Source: Octopus sinensis
Taxonomy: Eukaryota
Assembly (NCBI RefSeq): GCF_006345805.1
Contig: NW_021836657.1
Location: 1-22,995, forward strand
Direction of reading: 5' to 3'
Length of the DNA: 22,995 bases
Each line of letters opens with the position of its first letter. Position 1 is the stretch's first letter. Below, in pieces: positions 8,952-19,860 of the stretch. The notes beneath the pieces are model-generated. The model was given only the letters and a program-made list of their open reading frames with translations. It had not been told where the DNA came from and searched no databases. The translations under genes and the position numbers were made by a program.

Positions 8952-9117
8952 CATGAATGTGTATAGGTATGTGTGCGTATGTATATATCTATTTTAGATT
9001 TGTAATTAATGGTATATATATACACATACATATATATATGTGTATATATATGTATGTATATATGTGTATGTATGTATGTATCTATCTATATATATATGTG
9101 TTTGTGTGTATACATAC

Positions 9118-9150
<33 letters not shown>

Positions 9151-9534
9151 TATGTATGTATATATGTATGTATAAGTGTATGCATATGTATGTATACTAT
9201 TGTTATTCTTATTTAGAATAATTTATTTTTTATCAATATTTTATTAAGTAATTTAATACTAAAGATTTATCAATCTGAAAGTATATTTCGAGTAAATTAT
9301 CTTATAACAACGTTTATTTAAATTCCATTATTATTATTATATTATATTATCATATTATAATTCTATATTAGCTATAATTATTTGAAATAGTTAGCAAGTT
9401 TTAAATTTATGAAAATCATAATTTTAATCATAATTACAAAAATTTTTTAAACTTTTATTTTATAGCTATATATATATATATATATTATATATATATATTT
9501 TCTGAATATATATGCAAGTGTATATATATATATT

Positions 9535-9578
<44 letters not shown>

Positions 9579-9810
9579 GGGGTATGATTATTGTATGTAT
9601 GTATGTATGTATGTATGTATGTATGTATGTATGTATGTATGTATGTATGTATGTATATATGTGTGTGTGCGTATGTGCATAATATATATGTATATATTGA
9701 TATCTGAATAATGTATCTATTGACTCATTTTTGTTTATATTTATAAATTTTTTATATATTTGGGTAAATGAATACTGATATGTATTATGGTTTGTTATGT
9801 GTATATATGT

Positions 9811-9855
<45 letters not shown>

Positions 9856-9967
9856 ATATATATATATATATATGTATGTGTATATGTGTGTATATCTATC
9901 TACGTATGTATAGATAGGTATTATATATATTATATATATATGTGTGTGTGTGTGTATGTGTGTGTGT

Positions 9968-10017
<50 letters not shown>
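8893..10017. repeat. Compound microsatellite and AT-rich low-complexity region: (TA)n, (TATG)n 9592-9660, (TG)n ~9940-10017
   Basis: Direct inspection. Confidence 0.93.
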
Positions 10018-10019
<2 letters not shown>

Positions 10020-10484
10020 TATAAGCTTTACGATGTTATATTCCTCTGATAAACTAAGTAATTTTTATTTATTTATGTTAAAATTAATAGAGATAAAAAT
10101 TATTCTTGCATAAATAATATTTATTGGACACCATTTTAAAAACATACTTAGTAAATTACTTTTGTGAGATTTTTACCCTGAAAGGCTAATAAATTTTAAT
10201 TTTAATTTTAGCATTATTATTTTATGAACTCCTTATGATTAATTTTTTTGAATACCTGCCTAATTCAGCGTTTATTTAATTTCTACGATAATAATGTTAT
10301 TATGATAATACTTTTTAGAAAGTTTCTTATATAAACTACGTAATTTTTAATTATTAATCTTTGATTTTTAGCAACGATTATTATATATTATTAATGCAAT
10401 GTAATTTATAATATTATTTGCTATTTGATCAGAGACAATATGGTATTTTAAATATGTTATTTTGCTATTTGCCCATAAATAAAT

Positions 10485-10656
10485 AGCATATTTTGTTGTG
10501 TCTGGGGAGAGTCATTCTCTTTTAGTGCCTTATTCGCCGGTAAAGTTTCTACTTATTTACTTATTTATTTTTCTAAAAGTTTCGTTGCGTCTTGCAACCT
10601 TTTCAACATAAGGCACTAAAAGAGAATGACTCTTCCCAGGCACAACAGAATATGCT
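10485..10656. repeat. Inverted repeat with 49-bp arms and 74-bp spacer (MITE-like or fold-back element)
   Basis: 10485-10533 (agcatattttgttgtgtctggggagagtcattctcttttagtgccttat) versus 10608-10656: 46/49 Watson-Crick complementary. Confidence 0.9.
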
Positions 10657-10990
10657 TCAAAACACGAAATTAAATAAAGAATCTTGCAAATCAAATTTGT
10701 TATTATAATAACATGTATTTTTTAATAATATGAAAGAATGAAAGGGCTAGTTCATGATTTTTAAACATTATTGTTACTGGTATTTAAAAAAACCCAACTA
10801 ATGCTCTAAGTCGTATATAGATTGAAATACTTAATAGTATACAAATATATTTTATGACCGTTATATCAATTTTTCACATTCTCTTTTGTATTTTTATCGT
10901 TGTTTTTGTTTTTAATTATTGATGCTCATGCTTGACAACATAAATATATTTAAATTCAGTTTTTTCTTGGATTTGTGAATCCTCATGTAT

Positions 10991-11063
10991 CAAAATTTAC
11001 ACTGAAGAGATTCTTTTTATGATTTTATTATGGTTAAAATTCGAAACAATTATATACAATTTG
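10991..11063 (+). ncRNA. Candidate degenerate type I hammerhead motif
   Basis: CAAAATTTACA-CTGAAGA(11002-11008)-GATT...AATTC-GAAA(11043-11046)-CAATTA-TA-TACAATTTG. Both core boxes are intact, helix III is one change from the palindrome ACAATTGT, and helix I is partial. The AT-rich context raises the chance of coincidence. Confidence 0.35.
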
Positions 11064-11293
11064 TTTTTAATAATTATTATTTATTACATTATTCTCATTA
11101 TTATGAGAATATAATATAATACAATATTATGTTAATAAATTAAAAATTTTGAATTGACAGTTGTATATCTCCGTTTTCTATTCATTTATATAAATTTAAT
11201 ATATGTACCCATGTGATTTGTAAGGTTTTTCTCTACAAATTGGGTATTTAACAGTGGCGCCAGTGAAAGATTGAATGTTTCCATCCTTATTTC

Positions 11294-11296
<3 letters not shown>

Positions 11297-11345
<49 letters not shown>

Positions 11346-11367
11346 ATATATATATATATATATATAT
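11297..11367. repeat. (TA)n at the 5' truncation point of PLE2
   Basis: Direct inspection. Confidence 0.95.
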
Positions 11368-12039
11368 CACTCAGCCGCGAACAATTAGACTCCTTCCTTT
11401 CTTTTTTCCAATCCTTCCATCCTGCCCTCAAATTCTCCTGCACTATCTCTAACTCTTCCGTCGAATTTGTCGACATTTCTGTCAGCATACAGCACTCCGC
11501 TCCATCCACTACCTCCATCCGCTACAAACTCACTGACTAACACTCCTACCTTAACTTCTCCTTCTCCCACCCTACCCACTTCAAGCTCTCCATCCCCGAC
11601 TCCCAGTTTCTCCTCCGTCTGTGCAGGCTTTTGCAGTGACAACCATGACTTTGAGATTCATGGCTCGCCACTACATCTTCTTAGATATCTCTTCAAGCCC
11701 GTCTACACTGCCCTTGCCAGGGCATGATCTGTGGACCGCGCCTCTGCTCTTTCACCACTCGCCCTCCCCGTCATTGTCTGTCTCCCGTTTTCCCTCATCT
11801 ACTACTTCTCACCCTGCCTCTCCAACACACCAATCTCCTAGTCTTCGGCGACTCCAGTTCGAGCCCTCCACTTCGCACGTCTTTCCCAACCTTCTTCTTC
11901 CCTCCTTGAAACGAGTCCATAACCTGTGTGACCTCCTGGTTCACAGTTTCTTCCCTCCCTACCTCTTAGCCTGGCTCCACACGCTGCTCCCGCCCACGCT
12001 ATGGCACCTGCCCCTACCTCTCCAACATGTCACCGACTC

Positions 12040-12330
12040 ATTTATCTGCACCTCTAGTAATGTTATTTACTGCTTTTCCTGCTCTCTCTGTCCTTCCCTG
12101 TACATTGGTCAAACGGGACGCCTCTTGGCTGACTGGTTCGCGGAGCACCTCCAAGACATCAGACACAGCAATGGCACTCCGGTCTCGCCCCACTTCCACT
12201 CTACCGGTCATTTCCTACAACATCTGTCTGTGTTCGGACTGTCTCTGCACAGGGACCACCCGATCTCCTGCCTTCGTTGTGAACAGAAATTAATCTTCTC
12301 TCTAGTTCCTTTGCGCCATTTGGGCTCAAC
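12040..12330 (+). pseudogene. GIY-YIG endonuclease domain of PLE2
   Basis: NVIYC..C..C..LYIGQTGR.L..(R)F.EH; the catalytic Arg position reads W, and upstream frameshifts are present. Confidence 0.9.
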
Positions 12331-12905
12331 TCACTACCTCTCTTTATCTGACACCTACCTCATCTCCTCTTCTCATTTGACACCAACCCACAACACTCCA
12401 CATACACTAGCACTAACCACTTCTCAGCGCCCACATCACACACCATCACCCCCCCCCCCACAATTTTCAATAGCGTCACCACTCATTCCACTATATCTGC
12501 AGTAGCACACACTATTTAACTCAGTACACACACACATACGTATACCATACACATGAACTCTGCTTGGTCACAGACGTGGACGCACACACACATGTGCACA
12601 CACCCCTGAAAAAGCACACATCAACTGCTAAACACAACACACACACGCACGCACAGTCTCACACGTCAATCCCTCGCCCCTATTTACGCATACATACTTA
12701 TACACTCACACATACCGTTCTCTCACACACACACCTTCTCTCATTGGGATCACTAGCACTATTATTATCTCCGTTTCATTCAACCACTTTTTTAATTATT
12801 ATCTCCTTTTCTTTCAAACTCTTTTCCTCCAATTATTCGCCATGCTGGATCGCTGAATTCTACACGTTTTTTTTTCATTCTCTCGCAGTTCATTTCCTCT
12901 TATTC

Positions 12906-12940
12906 CATTCTGTTGAAGAGCGTAGGCTCGAAACGTAAAA
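12906..12940 (+). ncRNA. Minimal PLE-type hammerhead motif with non-canonical core
   Basis: CTGTTGA(12910-12916)-A-GAGC-GTAG-GCTC-GAAA-CGT-A: perfect 4-bp helix II, ACGT palindrome in place of helix III, GUA triplet; core position 6 is U and helix I is only 2 bp. Lies in the 3' region of PLE2. Confidence 0.6.
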
Positions 12941-13079
12941 CTTGCTTGTTGTTCATACACCTGTCTTCCCTTTTTTATTTTTCTACAAATTTTCACTATA
13001 TATATCTATCTATCTCTCTATTTATGTGTACGTTTATAAGAACCTGCATGTTGGTTTCCGTGTGTACTTGTATGTGTAT

Positions 13080-13085
13080 AAATAT

Positions 13086-13137
<52 letters not shown>

Positions 13138-13237
13138 TATATATATATATATATATATACATGCATACATAATATATACATACACACATACACACACACA
13201 CACACACAAAACACACACACACACACACACACACATA
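13080..13237. repeat. (CA)n/(TA)n microsatellite
   Basis: Direct inspection. Confidence 0.95.
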
Positions 13238-14240
13238 TATTCTTTTATTCTATTTTTCTTCTACTGGTTTCAGCCAAAGGCTGGGGCCATGCTGAAACAC
13301 CACCTTTAAGTGTTTTGGGGTCACCTTTCGGTACTGCTTTCGGCGAAGAAGCGAGGTGGACGAAGCCGCTCTTCTTTGTGCCTCCTACCATGATGGGGGC
13401 TCATCTGGGATTTCAGACAGAAATTTATCCAGGAGCTTTTTAAACGTTTCCACATCTAAACGTTGAAGATCTCTCAGGTTCCTTGGTAGGATGTTAAACA
13501 ATTGGTGTACCCTGAAATCCAAGCTGTTGCAATACAGAGTTCTTATCTAAGATAAAGAATACGGTATCTGTGGTGATATGCAGTGCCGTCCAGTTCGTTA
13601 TCTGGTATAACTTTTAATTCCAAAGTTGGGAGCTAACCCTTCGAGGACCTTCCATATGTATATCATTGCATACATTTCTCAACTTCTGTCCAGGGAGTAG
13701 ATCTTCAGTCCTTGTAGCCTCTCCCAGTAGCTCATCTGTTTTACTGAGTCAACCCTCTGGATTGCCTCAAGTTCTGTTAGCAATTTGACGCTCTGTGGCG
13801 GCCATAGTTGGGAGCAGTAATCCAGACGGGAACAAATGTCTTCCATAAGAGTAACAAGTCATTCTTATTTCTGGATCCGAATGATCTAAGGATCTATCCA
13901 GCTACTCGCAATATGCACATGGAATGTTGCATCACTACTCATGTGGATTCCCAGGTCACACACCGATTCTAACTCTGAGATTGCACTGTCCCTTAGTCCT
14001 ATGCATTCCGATGGTAATCTGTTTGTGCATGACTGTACGACCGAGGGCAGGTCAAGGAGAGCCATTACACACATTAGTGGTCCCAGTAAAGCTTCCTGAC
14101 GAAATCCGCTCGGGATTGATGTCTCCCCAGAGAGACCCCCCGGGCTGCAACTGTCTAACCTATGTCCTTTAAAAATCATGCAGCCACTCTTCCAGTTTTG
14201 CGTGTTTGTGACATATCATCCCATTATGGACTTTATATAT
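13238..14240 (-). mobile_element. Second CR1/L2-group LINE, 5'-truncated 3' fragment with internal deletions
   Basis: Minus strand: NGMICHK..EEWLHDF, degenerate SG(V/F)(P/R)Q..LLGPL, deletion of the YADD region, DLGIHMSSDATFHVHI, RLDYCSQLWPP, YWERLQGLKIYSL, IYIWKVLEG, LFNILP, FKKLLDKFLSEIPDEP; 3' hairpin CAGCC-TTT-GGCTG and AGAAT-rich tail. Confidence 0.88.
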
Positions 14241-14584
14241 GATTGATCGTTAGCCACTACACACACATTTTTTCTCTCCTTGTTTCTCTCCTTATATATA
14301 TATATAAGTATATATGCATCTGTGTTTAGGCTAGGTGTGACTATACATGTGTGTATACATAAATCATACATACAATGTATATTTAATCGGTACAATATAA
14401 AATTTATACGTACACACCCCTATAACATTTATCAACAAAGACGAACGATTAACCAATATGCACCCATATATCAATGTATGCATGCATATATACATACATG
14501 CGTACAAACACACACAGTTGTATATGTGAGTGTGCAAAAATACGTGCAAATATGTACGAATAAATTTATTTGTTTATCTATCTA

Positions 14585-14787
14585 CATGTACATACATACA
14601 TACATACATACATACATACATACATACATACATACATACGTACGTACATACATACATGCATACATACATACATACATACATACATACATACATACATACA
14701 TACATACATACATGCATACATGCATGCATACATACATACATACATACATACGTACATACATACATACATACATGCATCATACACACA

Positions 14788-14819
<32 letters not shown>

Positions 14820-14851
14820 CACATACATACGTACATACATACATACATACA

Positions 14852-14885
<34 letters not shown>

Positions 14886-15060
14886 CATGTATATATAAAT
14901 ATTTGCGAGTGTTTATTATATTTATATATATATGCAAAAAAGGAGAAAAAACGTTGGTACACTCCCTCATCAACTAATCAACCGTTACCAACCACTAACC
15001 ATTTCCCATACATACATACATACATACATACATACATACATACATACATAAATACATACA
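14585..15060. repeat. Long imperfect (TACA)n arrays (14585-14885 and 15008-15060)
   Basis: Direct inspection. Confidence 0.97.
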
Positions 15061-15544
15061 TCTATTTGCACGCGCATACGGCTATGTAATTATACAAAAC
15101 GTATAATACTACAAAGGAATATATAGACAACTCCTCCAACAATAACGAAGAATCAAGCAACTACAAGAACAATAACAACAACAAACTCGGTAACAACAGC
15201 AACAACAACAAAAGTTTGATTGATTTTTTTTACTTATTTCTGACAAAGGAACAAAGAAACCCGAAATAAGAAATTAAAAAACACAACAAAATTGATAACC
15301 AAAAAAGTCTAAAAGATGAACCCCCAATTGAAACACCTTCTGCCACTCTCTCTCTCTTTCTCTCTCTCGTTTCCCTCCCCCTCGCGTCTGCTTCCTTCCC
15401 ATAAACACTGAAAGACATATATGAACGTTTGATTGAGTCTTTGTGCCGACAAAAGACAATTCTTCGAAATACTGCGTTTGTTTATAACGCTTCAGTTAAA
15501 AAAAAAAATTTAACGGAAGAGCGAAATTCATTGAAAATTTTTAC

Positions 15545-15560
15545 GTTCAGCGCCATTTTG
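15545..15560 (-). promoter_or_regulatory. CAAAATGGCG: YY1/Pho-type motif and/or Kozak-context ATG followed by a weak donor (AAC|GTAAAA)
   Basis: Minus strand caaaATGGCGCTGAAC|gtaaaa within a non-repetitive, CpG-retaining stretch (15380-15650). Motif only. Confidence 0.2.
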
Positions 15561-15969
15561 TTTATATGTATTTATTTTTTCTCTATTATCATTTTTTTCC
15601 CTTAAAAGAAACAGAAGTTGTGAAGAGAGCGAAATAAATGGGGAAATGCACAAGCACAAACACAAACTCATACAAGTATATAAATACAAACGAATTCACA
15701 CACACATAGTTATATACATACACACGCACAAACATATACACATAATATCCTCAAAGCAACGAACTAACAACACCAGTAAACGCAAAGATTTCAATACATT
15801 TTGCTTAGGTCAGGTGCATAAGATTGCCATCTGCATTTGCATTTTACTATGCATTAACCCTGCTGCTGCTGCTGCTGTTGCTGCAGCAATGTGCAGTCAA
15901 TGAATAATTAAAGATTAAACAAATCACTCACCAAGTGTTTTTTCCTAAAATTTATTATTTTTTGGGTGT

Positions 15970-16100
15970 TATACATACATAGATATACACACACACATTA
16001 ATGCATATATAGATATATATATATATATATACATACGTACATGCATATACATATAAAACATATATGCATATATATGTATATTAATATGACTATATGCATA

Positions 16101-16177
<77 letters not shown>

Positions 16178-16587
16178 GTCTGTCTATCTATAAATATATA
16201 TACATATACATACATGTATATATACATATGCATATACATACAGACACTCACACATGCAGACGCGCGCGCACATACACAATCACAGTCACAGTCACACACA
16301 CAAACACCTACACGCACACACACACATACACGCACACATACACAAGTATAATTTAGCGTTTTTACTTACGCTACATTTGTGTTCGAGTGTGCTTGTTTGT
16401 TTTTCTGTATGAGTGATTGCATGTGCATGTGTGTTCGTGCATGCATGCATGTGTGTGTGCGTGTATGTGTATGTGTATGGTGTATGTATGTGCAAATGTA
16501 TGCACGTCTGTATGTGTATATATGTGTATGCGTCTGTGTGTGTATATGTGCATTTGTGTGTGTGTGGGTCTGTGTGTGTGTGTGTGC

Positions 16588-16634
<47 letters not shown>

Positions 16635-16640
16635 CGTGTT
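15970..16640. repeat. Compound microsatellites: (TA)n, (TATC)n 16099-16175, (CA)n, (TG)n
   Basis: Direct inspection. Confidence 0.93.
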
Positions 16641-17173
16641 TCATTTAATTCGTTTTAAATAAGAAGTATAAAAAACGACTGCAGGTTTTAAAGCTTTCTA
16701 TAAAACAAATTAATTTCATTTATTCCAAACATTTTTAAATCAGCTCTTTTAATCATTTATTTTAATTATTTCTTGTAAGTAATTATTTTATTTTTCTATC
16801 CTTATTTATTAAAATTATCCTTTTATTTATTCTTCACAAGACGCATGTACAATACATAGGTTTTCGTTTTATTTTATTTTATGTTTTTTTTTTTTGCATC
16901 ACCTTTTTCCGTATATTTCTTTCTTCCTCTTGTCCTCTCTATCTGCATGCCAGCCTGCGAGCATGCGCGTCTGTCTGTCTGTCTGTCTGTTTGTTTTCTA
17001 TCTGTCTGTTTGTCAGTGTCTGTCCCTCATTTGTCTCTACCAAACGCCAACTGTATACTTGTTTATATAGGCACATGTACACACACACAAGCACAAAAAC
17101 ACAGACACACACACACAGAGAAAAATTTAGTAAGGTGTCCGTATTTCATTAAGTGTGTGTGTAAATCTCTCTT

Positions 17174-17208
<35 letters not shown>

Positions 17209-17351
17209 TTATCTATGCATGTGTGTGCGTGTGAATGTATATATATAAGTTCGGTGTGTGGTAAAGTAAATTTTTTTACTGAACCCTAATTATATAACGT
17301 AATGTTTTAAATATATCGTAAATGGTCTTTTTACATACTGAACACTACATG

Positions 17352-17409
17352 GTAAAATTAATTAATAATTAATTAATTTTGTAAAATTAATTAATAATTA
17401 ATTAATTTT
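17352..17409. repeat. Two tandem 29-bp copies, each a near-perfect AT palindrome
   Basis: gtaaaattaattaataattaattaatttt at 17352-17380 and 17381-17409. Confidence 0.95.
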
Positions 17410-17490
17410 CCCCTATTTTACAATATATATAATAATATATATATAAATAATATATATAAATAATATATATATAAATAATATATTATTGAG

Positions 17491-17548
<58 letters not shown>

Positions 17549-17560
17549 TATATATAAGAC
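17410..17560. repeat. (TA)n/AT-rich microsatellite
   Basis: Direct inspection. Confidence 0.93.
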
Positions 17561-17609
17561 ACATATATGTACATATTATACGTATATATGTTATAGTTAT
17601 GCATATATC

Positions 17610-18251
17610 GGTACAGACGTCACAAAAATGTTAACTAACATGAAATACGAAAATAACGTTGGGTACTCAAAAAACGAGAGAAACGAATGGAAAACAAAAT
17701 AAGTAACATAAAAAAATTATCCTTCATCAGTTGTTGGCTGGCCTTCCACTTCTTATTTGGAGCATTCAAACAACAAGATAAGACATTGAAGACAGTTGCC
17801 CCCGGCGAACCGAAATAAAAAAAATGTGGATTTGCGGAAGGTCAAAGCTGGTAATAAAAACAGGACATACAACAAACGATACGAAACGAATACAAACAAG
17901 GAGGACCGTTAGGCACAGACGAGATAAAAATGGCGAACTCTTGAAGAAGATTCTTTGATAAGAGAAAAGAGGGGAGCAGGTACAATGCGTCCGAAATGCG
18001 CAAGAGATTGAGGAAAAAAGAAGGATCACGTGAGGAAGGAAGGATGGGCGATGGTCACGTGTGAGCAACGAGAGCGAGTAAAGGAGGAAGAGGGAGAGAG
18101 AGGGACAGACAGATAAAAAACGGTGAGAGTGAGAAAAAAGAAGCGAAAGGGAGAGAGACAGAGAGAGAGGGAGAGAGGAACCAGTAAAGGAGAGAGTCGC
18201 ATCGATAATATTAAGAAAAAAACTTACTTGGAAATGGATGCGTGGCGTTCA
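17610..18251 (-). mobile_element. Family A copy A3
   Basis: Shares the terminus ggtacagacgtcac, cttcatcagttg, aagctggtaa, gatggtcacgtgtgagcaac and a 23-nt block identical to A1 (18229-18251 = 4577-4599). Confidence 0.75.
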
Positions 18252-18352
18252 ATCAAATAATGATATAAATAATATATATATATATGCATATATAGACACA
18301 CATGTGAACAGACATACGTATATATGTATATAACTATGAATATATCTGTATA

Positions 18353-18450
18353 AAATACGAAAATAACGTTGGGTACGCAAAAAACGAGAGAAACGAATGG
18401 AAAACAAAATAAGTAACATAGAAAAACGACCCTTCATCAGTTGTTGGGTG
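18353..18450 (-). mobile_element. Family A copy A4 (partial, tandem with A3)
   Basis: Near-identical to 17643-17737 (aatacgaaaataacgttgggtac..cttcatcagttgttgg); period 710 bp. Confidence 0.85.
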
Positions 18451-19164
18451 TCCTTCTGTATACATATTTGTATGTATATATATATATATATACGGCAAGA
18501 AAAAAGTGTCCAGTCCTTTCATTGATGGTCTCTTTTTCACACACAGTACAACTATCGCGAGTAGCATTGGAAAATTTGGAATCTTGACTGAAAGTGAATA
18601 GAAGCTGGTGTCGAAAAATGGCCATTTTTTTCCCGACTTGTCACCCCGTCGTCATATCTCTGATAATAAAAAAAAAGTGACATTAATTCCAATTTAAAAA
18701 TTAATAAATACGGAAGAGAAAGGAAGAACAGAGATATAGAAGAAAAAAAAAACAAGCAATAAAATCTTGCTCTAAAAATATTTTTTGCGTTTCTTTTTCA
18801 AATAACATTAGAAAGAAGCGACAACCACACACACAACCTCACACAGAACGTGCATGTGCTTGTTTTAATTGTTTAGTTCTTGGTTTTAACCAAGACAGTC
18901 GAGTCCATGCTACAGCATCGTCTTCACTGTTGATTACTTCTATGTATTATAAATGTGTCATGTGAGAGTCTGTGTGTTTGAGTGTGTGCGTGCGTGCGGG
19001 TGTATGTGTGGTGGTCGTGTTGGACATTAGCTACGGTCACAATACTTTTGGAAGACAATTGTGAAACAAAGGACACTTAAATTTTTAAAAAAACAAACAA
19101 AGCTTTTCTAACCAATAAAAAAATGTATTAAATACGAATATTCAACTCGTTGTCTTTCTTACTA

Positions 19165-19241
19165 TTCTAGTCAAGATTCGAACCCCTAAACTCGTCATGG
19201 CGAGTGATTCTCTTCCTTACCGCCAAGGCTACACGTGTTCC
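19165..19241 (-). mobile_element. tRNA-derived SINE head (Pol III A and B boxes), degenerate
   Basis: Minus strand: TAGCCTTGGCGGT (A box-like, 19219-19231) then GGTTCGAATCT (B box, 19174-19184), about 34 nt apart. Confidence 0.55.
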
Positions 19242-19384
19242 TATGGAATAGTTTATTTGACGCCGTTGTTCACGAAATGGAGTTTTAGGATCAGACAAAA
19301 TACTCCACTTTCATTACCTTTTTCTCCCTTGTATGCCAGAACTTCGCAGACTTTCAAAATTCTTTAGAGCTGTGTGAAGGTGCA

Positions 19385-19546
19385 GGCGTAGCTGTGTGGT
19401 TAAGAATCTTGCTTTGCAACTACGTGATTTCGGGTTCATTCCCACTGCACAGTACCTTGCCATACTCCTGGGCCGACCAGTACATTCTTTGTGAAATTGA
19501 AATTGGTGAATGGAAACTGTGAGGAAGACCGTTTTATATATATATA
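19385..19546 (+). mobile_element. tRNA-derived SINE
   Basis: GGCGTAGCTGTGTGGTTAAG (A box 19389-19399), GGTTCATTCC (B box 19433-19442), body ..gggccgacc..ggaaactg.., (TA)n tail; resembles an abundant octopus SINE from recall. Confidence 0.75.
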
Positions 19547-19860
19547 AAATGGGCCCCTATCCAGGGTTACGGAAAGGAGACAACATTCAAAGAAATCCGG
19601 AGTGGAGCCCCGTAGGCGGTTTAGTGTTCGACTCGATACTCTTCCGGCAGCTCCTGCAACCAAGCTGGTGCCAAACGTAATGCTTTGCGCTCCTTTGGAC
19701 TACGCCAGCAAGGTCGAGAGAGGAATCCTGACGATTGGGCTACCCAGGATTTTCTTACATCTAGCCCGGGCTAGATGCGCAACTCCATTGTCTCCCGAAA
19801 CAAAAGGATGCCAACAACAATTATCACACAAAAAAAGGTACTGTGCTCAATTTGTTCAAT
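19547..19860. other. GC-rich structured segment, probable retroelement UTR fragment
   Basis: GC/CpG richer than its flanks; nested hairpin AATCC..TGGG-CTA-CCCA-GGATT and a perfect 20-bp palindrome at 19758-19777. Class not determinable. Confidence 0.3.

Larger units (their letters stand above)
11369..12990 (+). mobile_element. Penelope-like retroelement copy 2, 5'-truncated (RT thumb, GIY-YIG, 3' pseudo-LTR with hammerhead)
   Basis: LSREQLDSFLSFFQSFHPALKFSCTIS..EFVDISV..YKLTD.HSYLNFSFSHP, then FICTSSNVIYCFSCSLCPSLYIGQTGRLLADWFAEHL..HF..EQKLIFSL. Alignable by eye to PLE1 (e.g. 11582-11670 versus the reverse complement of 460-560). Confidence 0.92.

Noticed and set aside
11250-11270. TGGCGCC as an LTR primer-binding site
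   Set aside because: The match is only 7 nt, with no adjacent LTR (TG..CA direct repeats) or gag/pol sequence.
14096-14125. CTGACGA-AATCC/GGATT hairpin resembling a hammerhead
   Set aside because: Followed by GATG, not GAAA, and it is the antisense of the LINE RT SGVPQG coding motif.
15800-15903. (CTG)n/(CAG)n run as a polyQ or polyA exon
   Set aside because: Short, closed by stops in the relevant frames, with no convincing splice sites.
4014-18450. CRISPR-like or prokaryotic features
   Set aside because: No equal-length repeat-spacer array, operon or bacterial gene structure; the repeats are eukaryotic retroelements and microsatellites.
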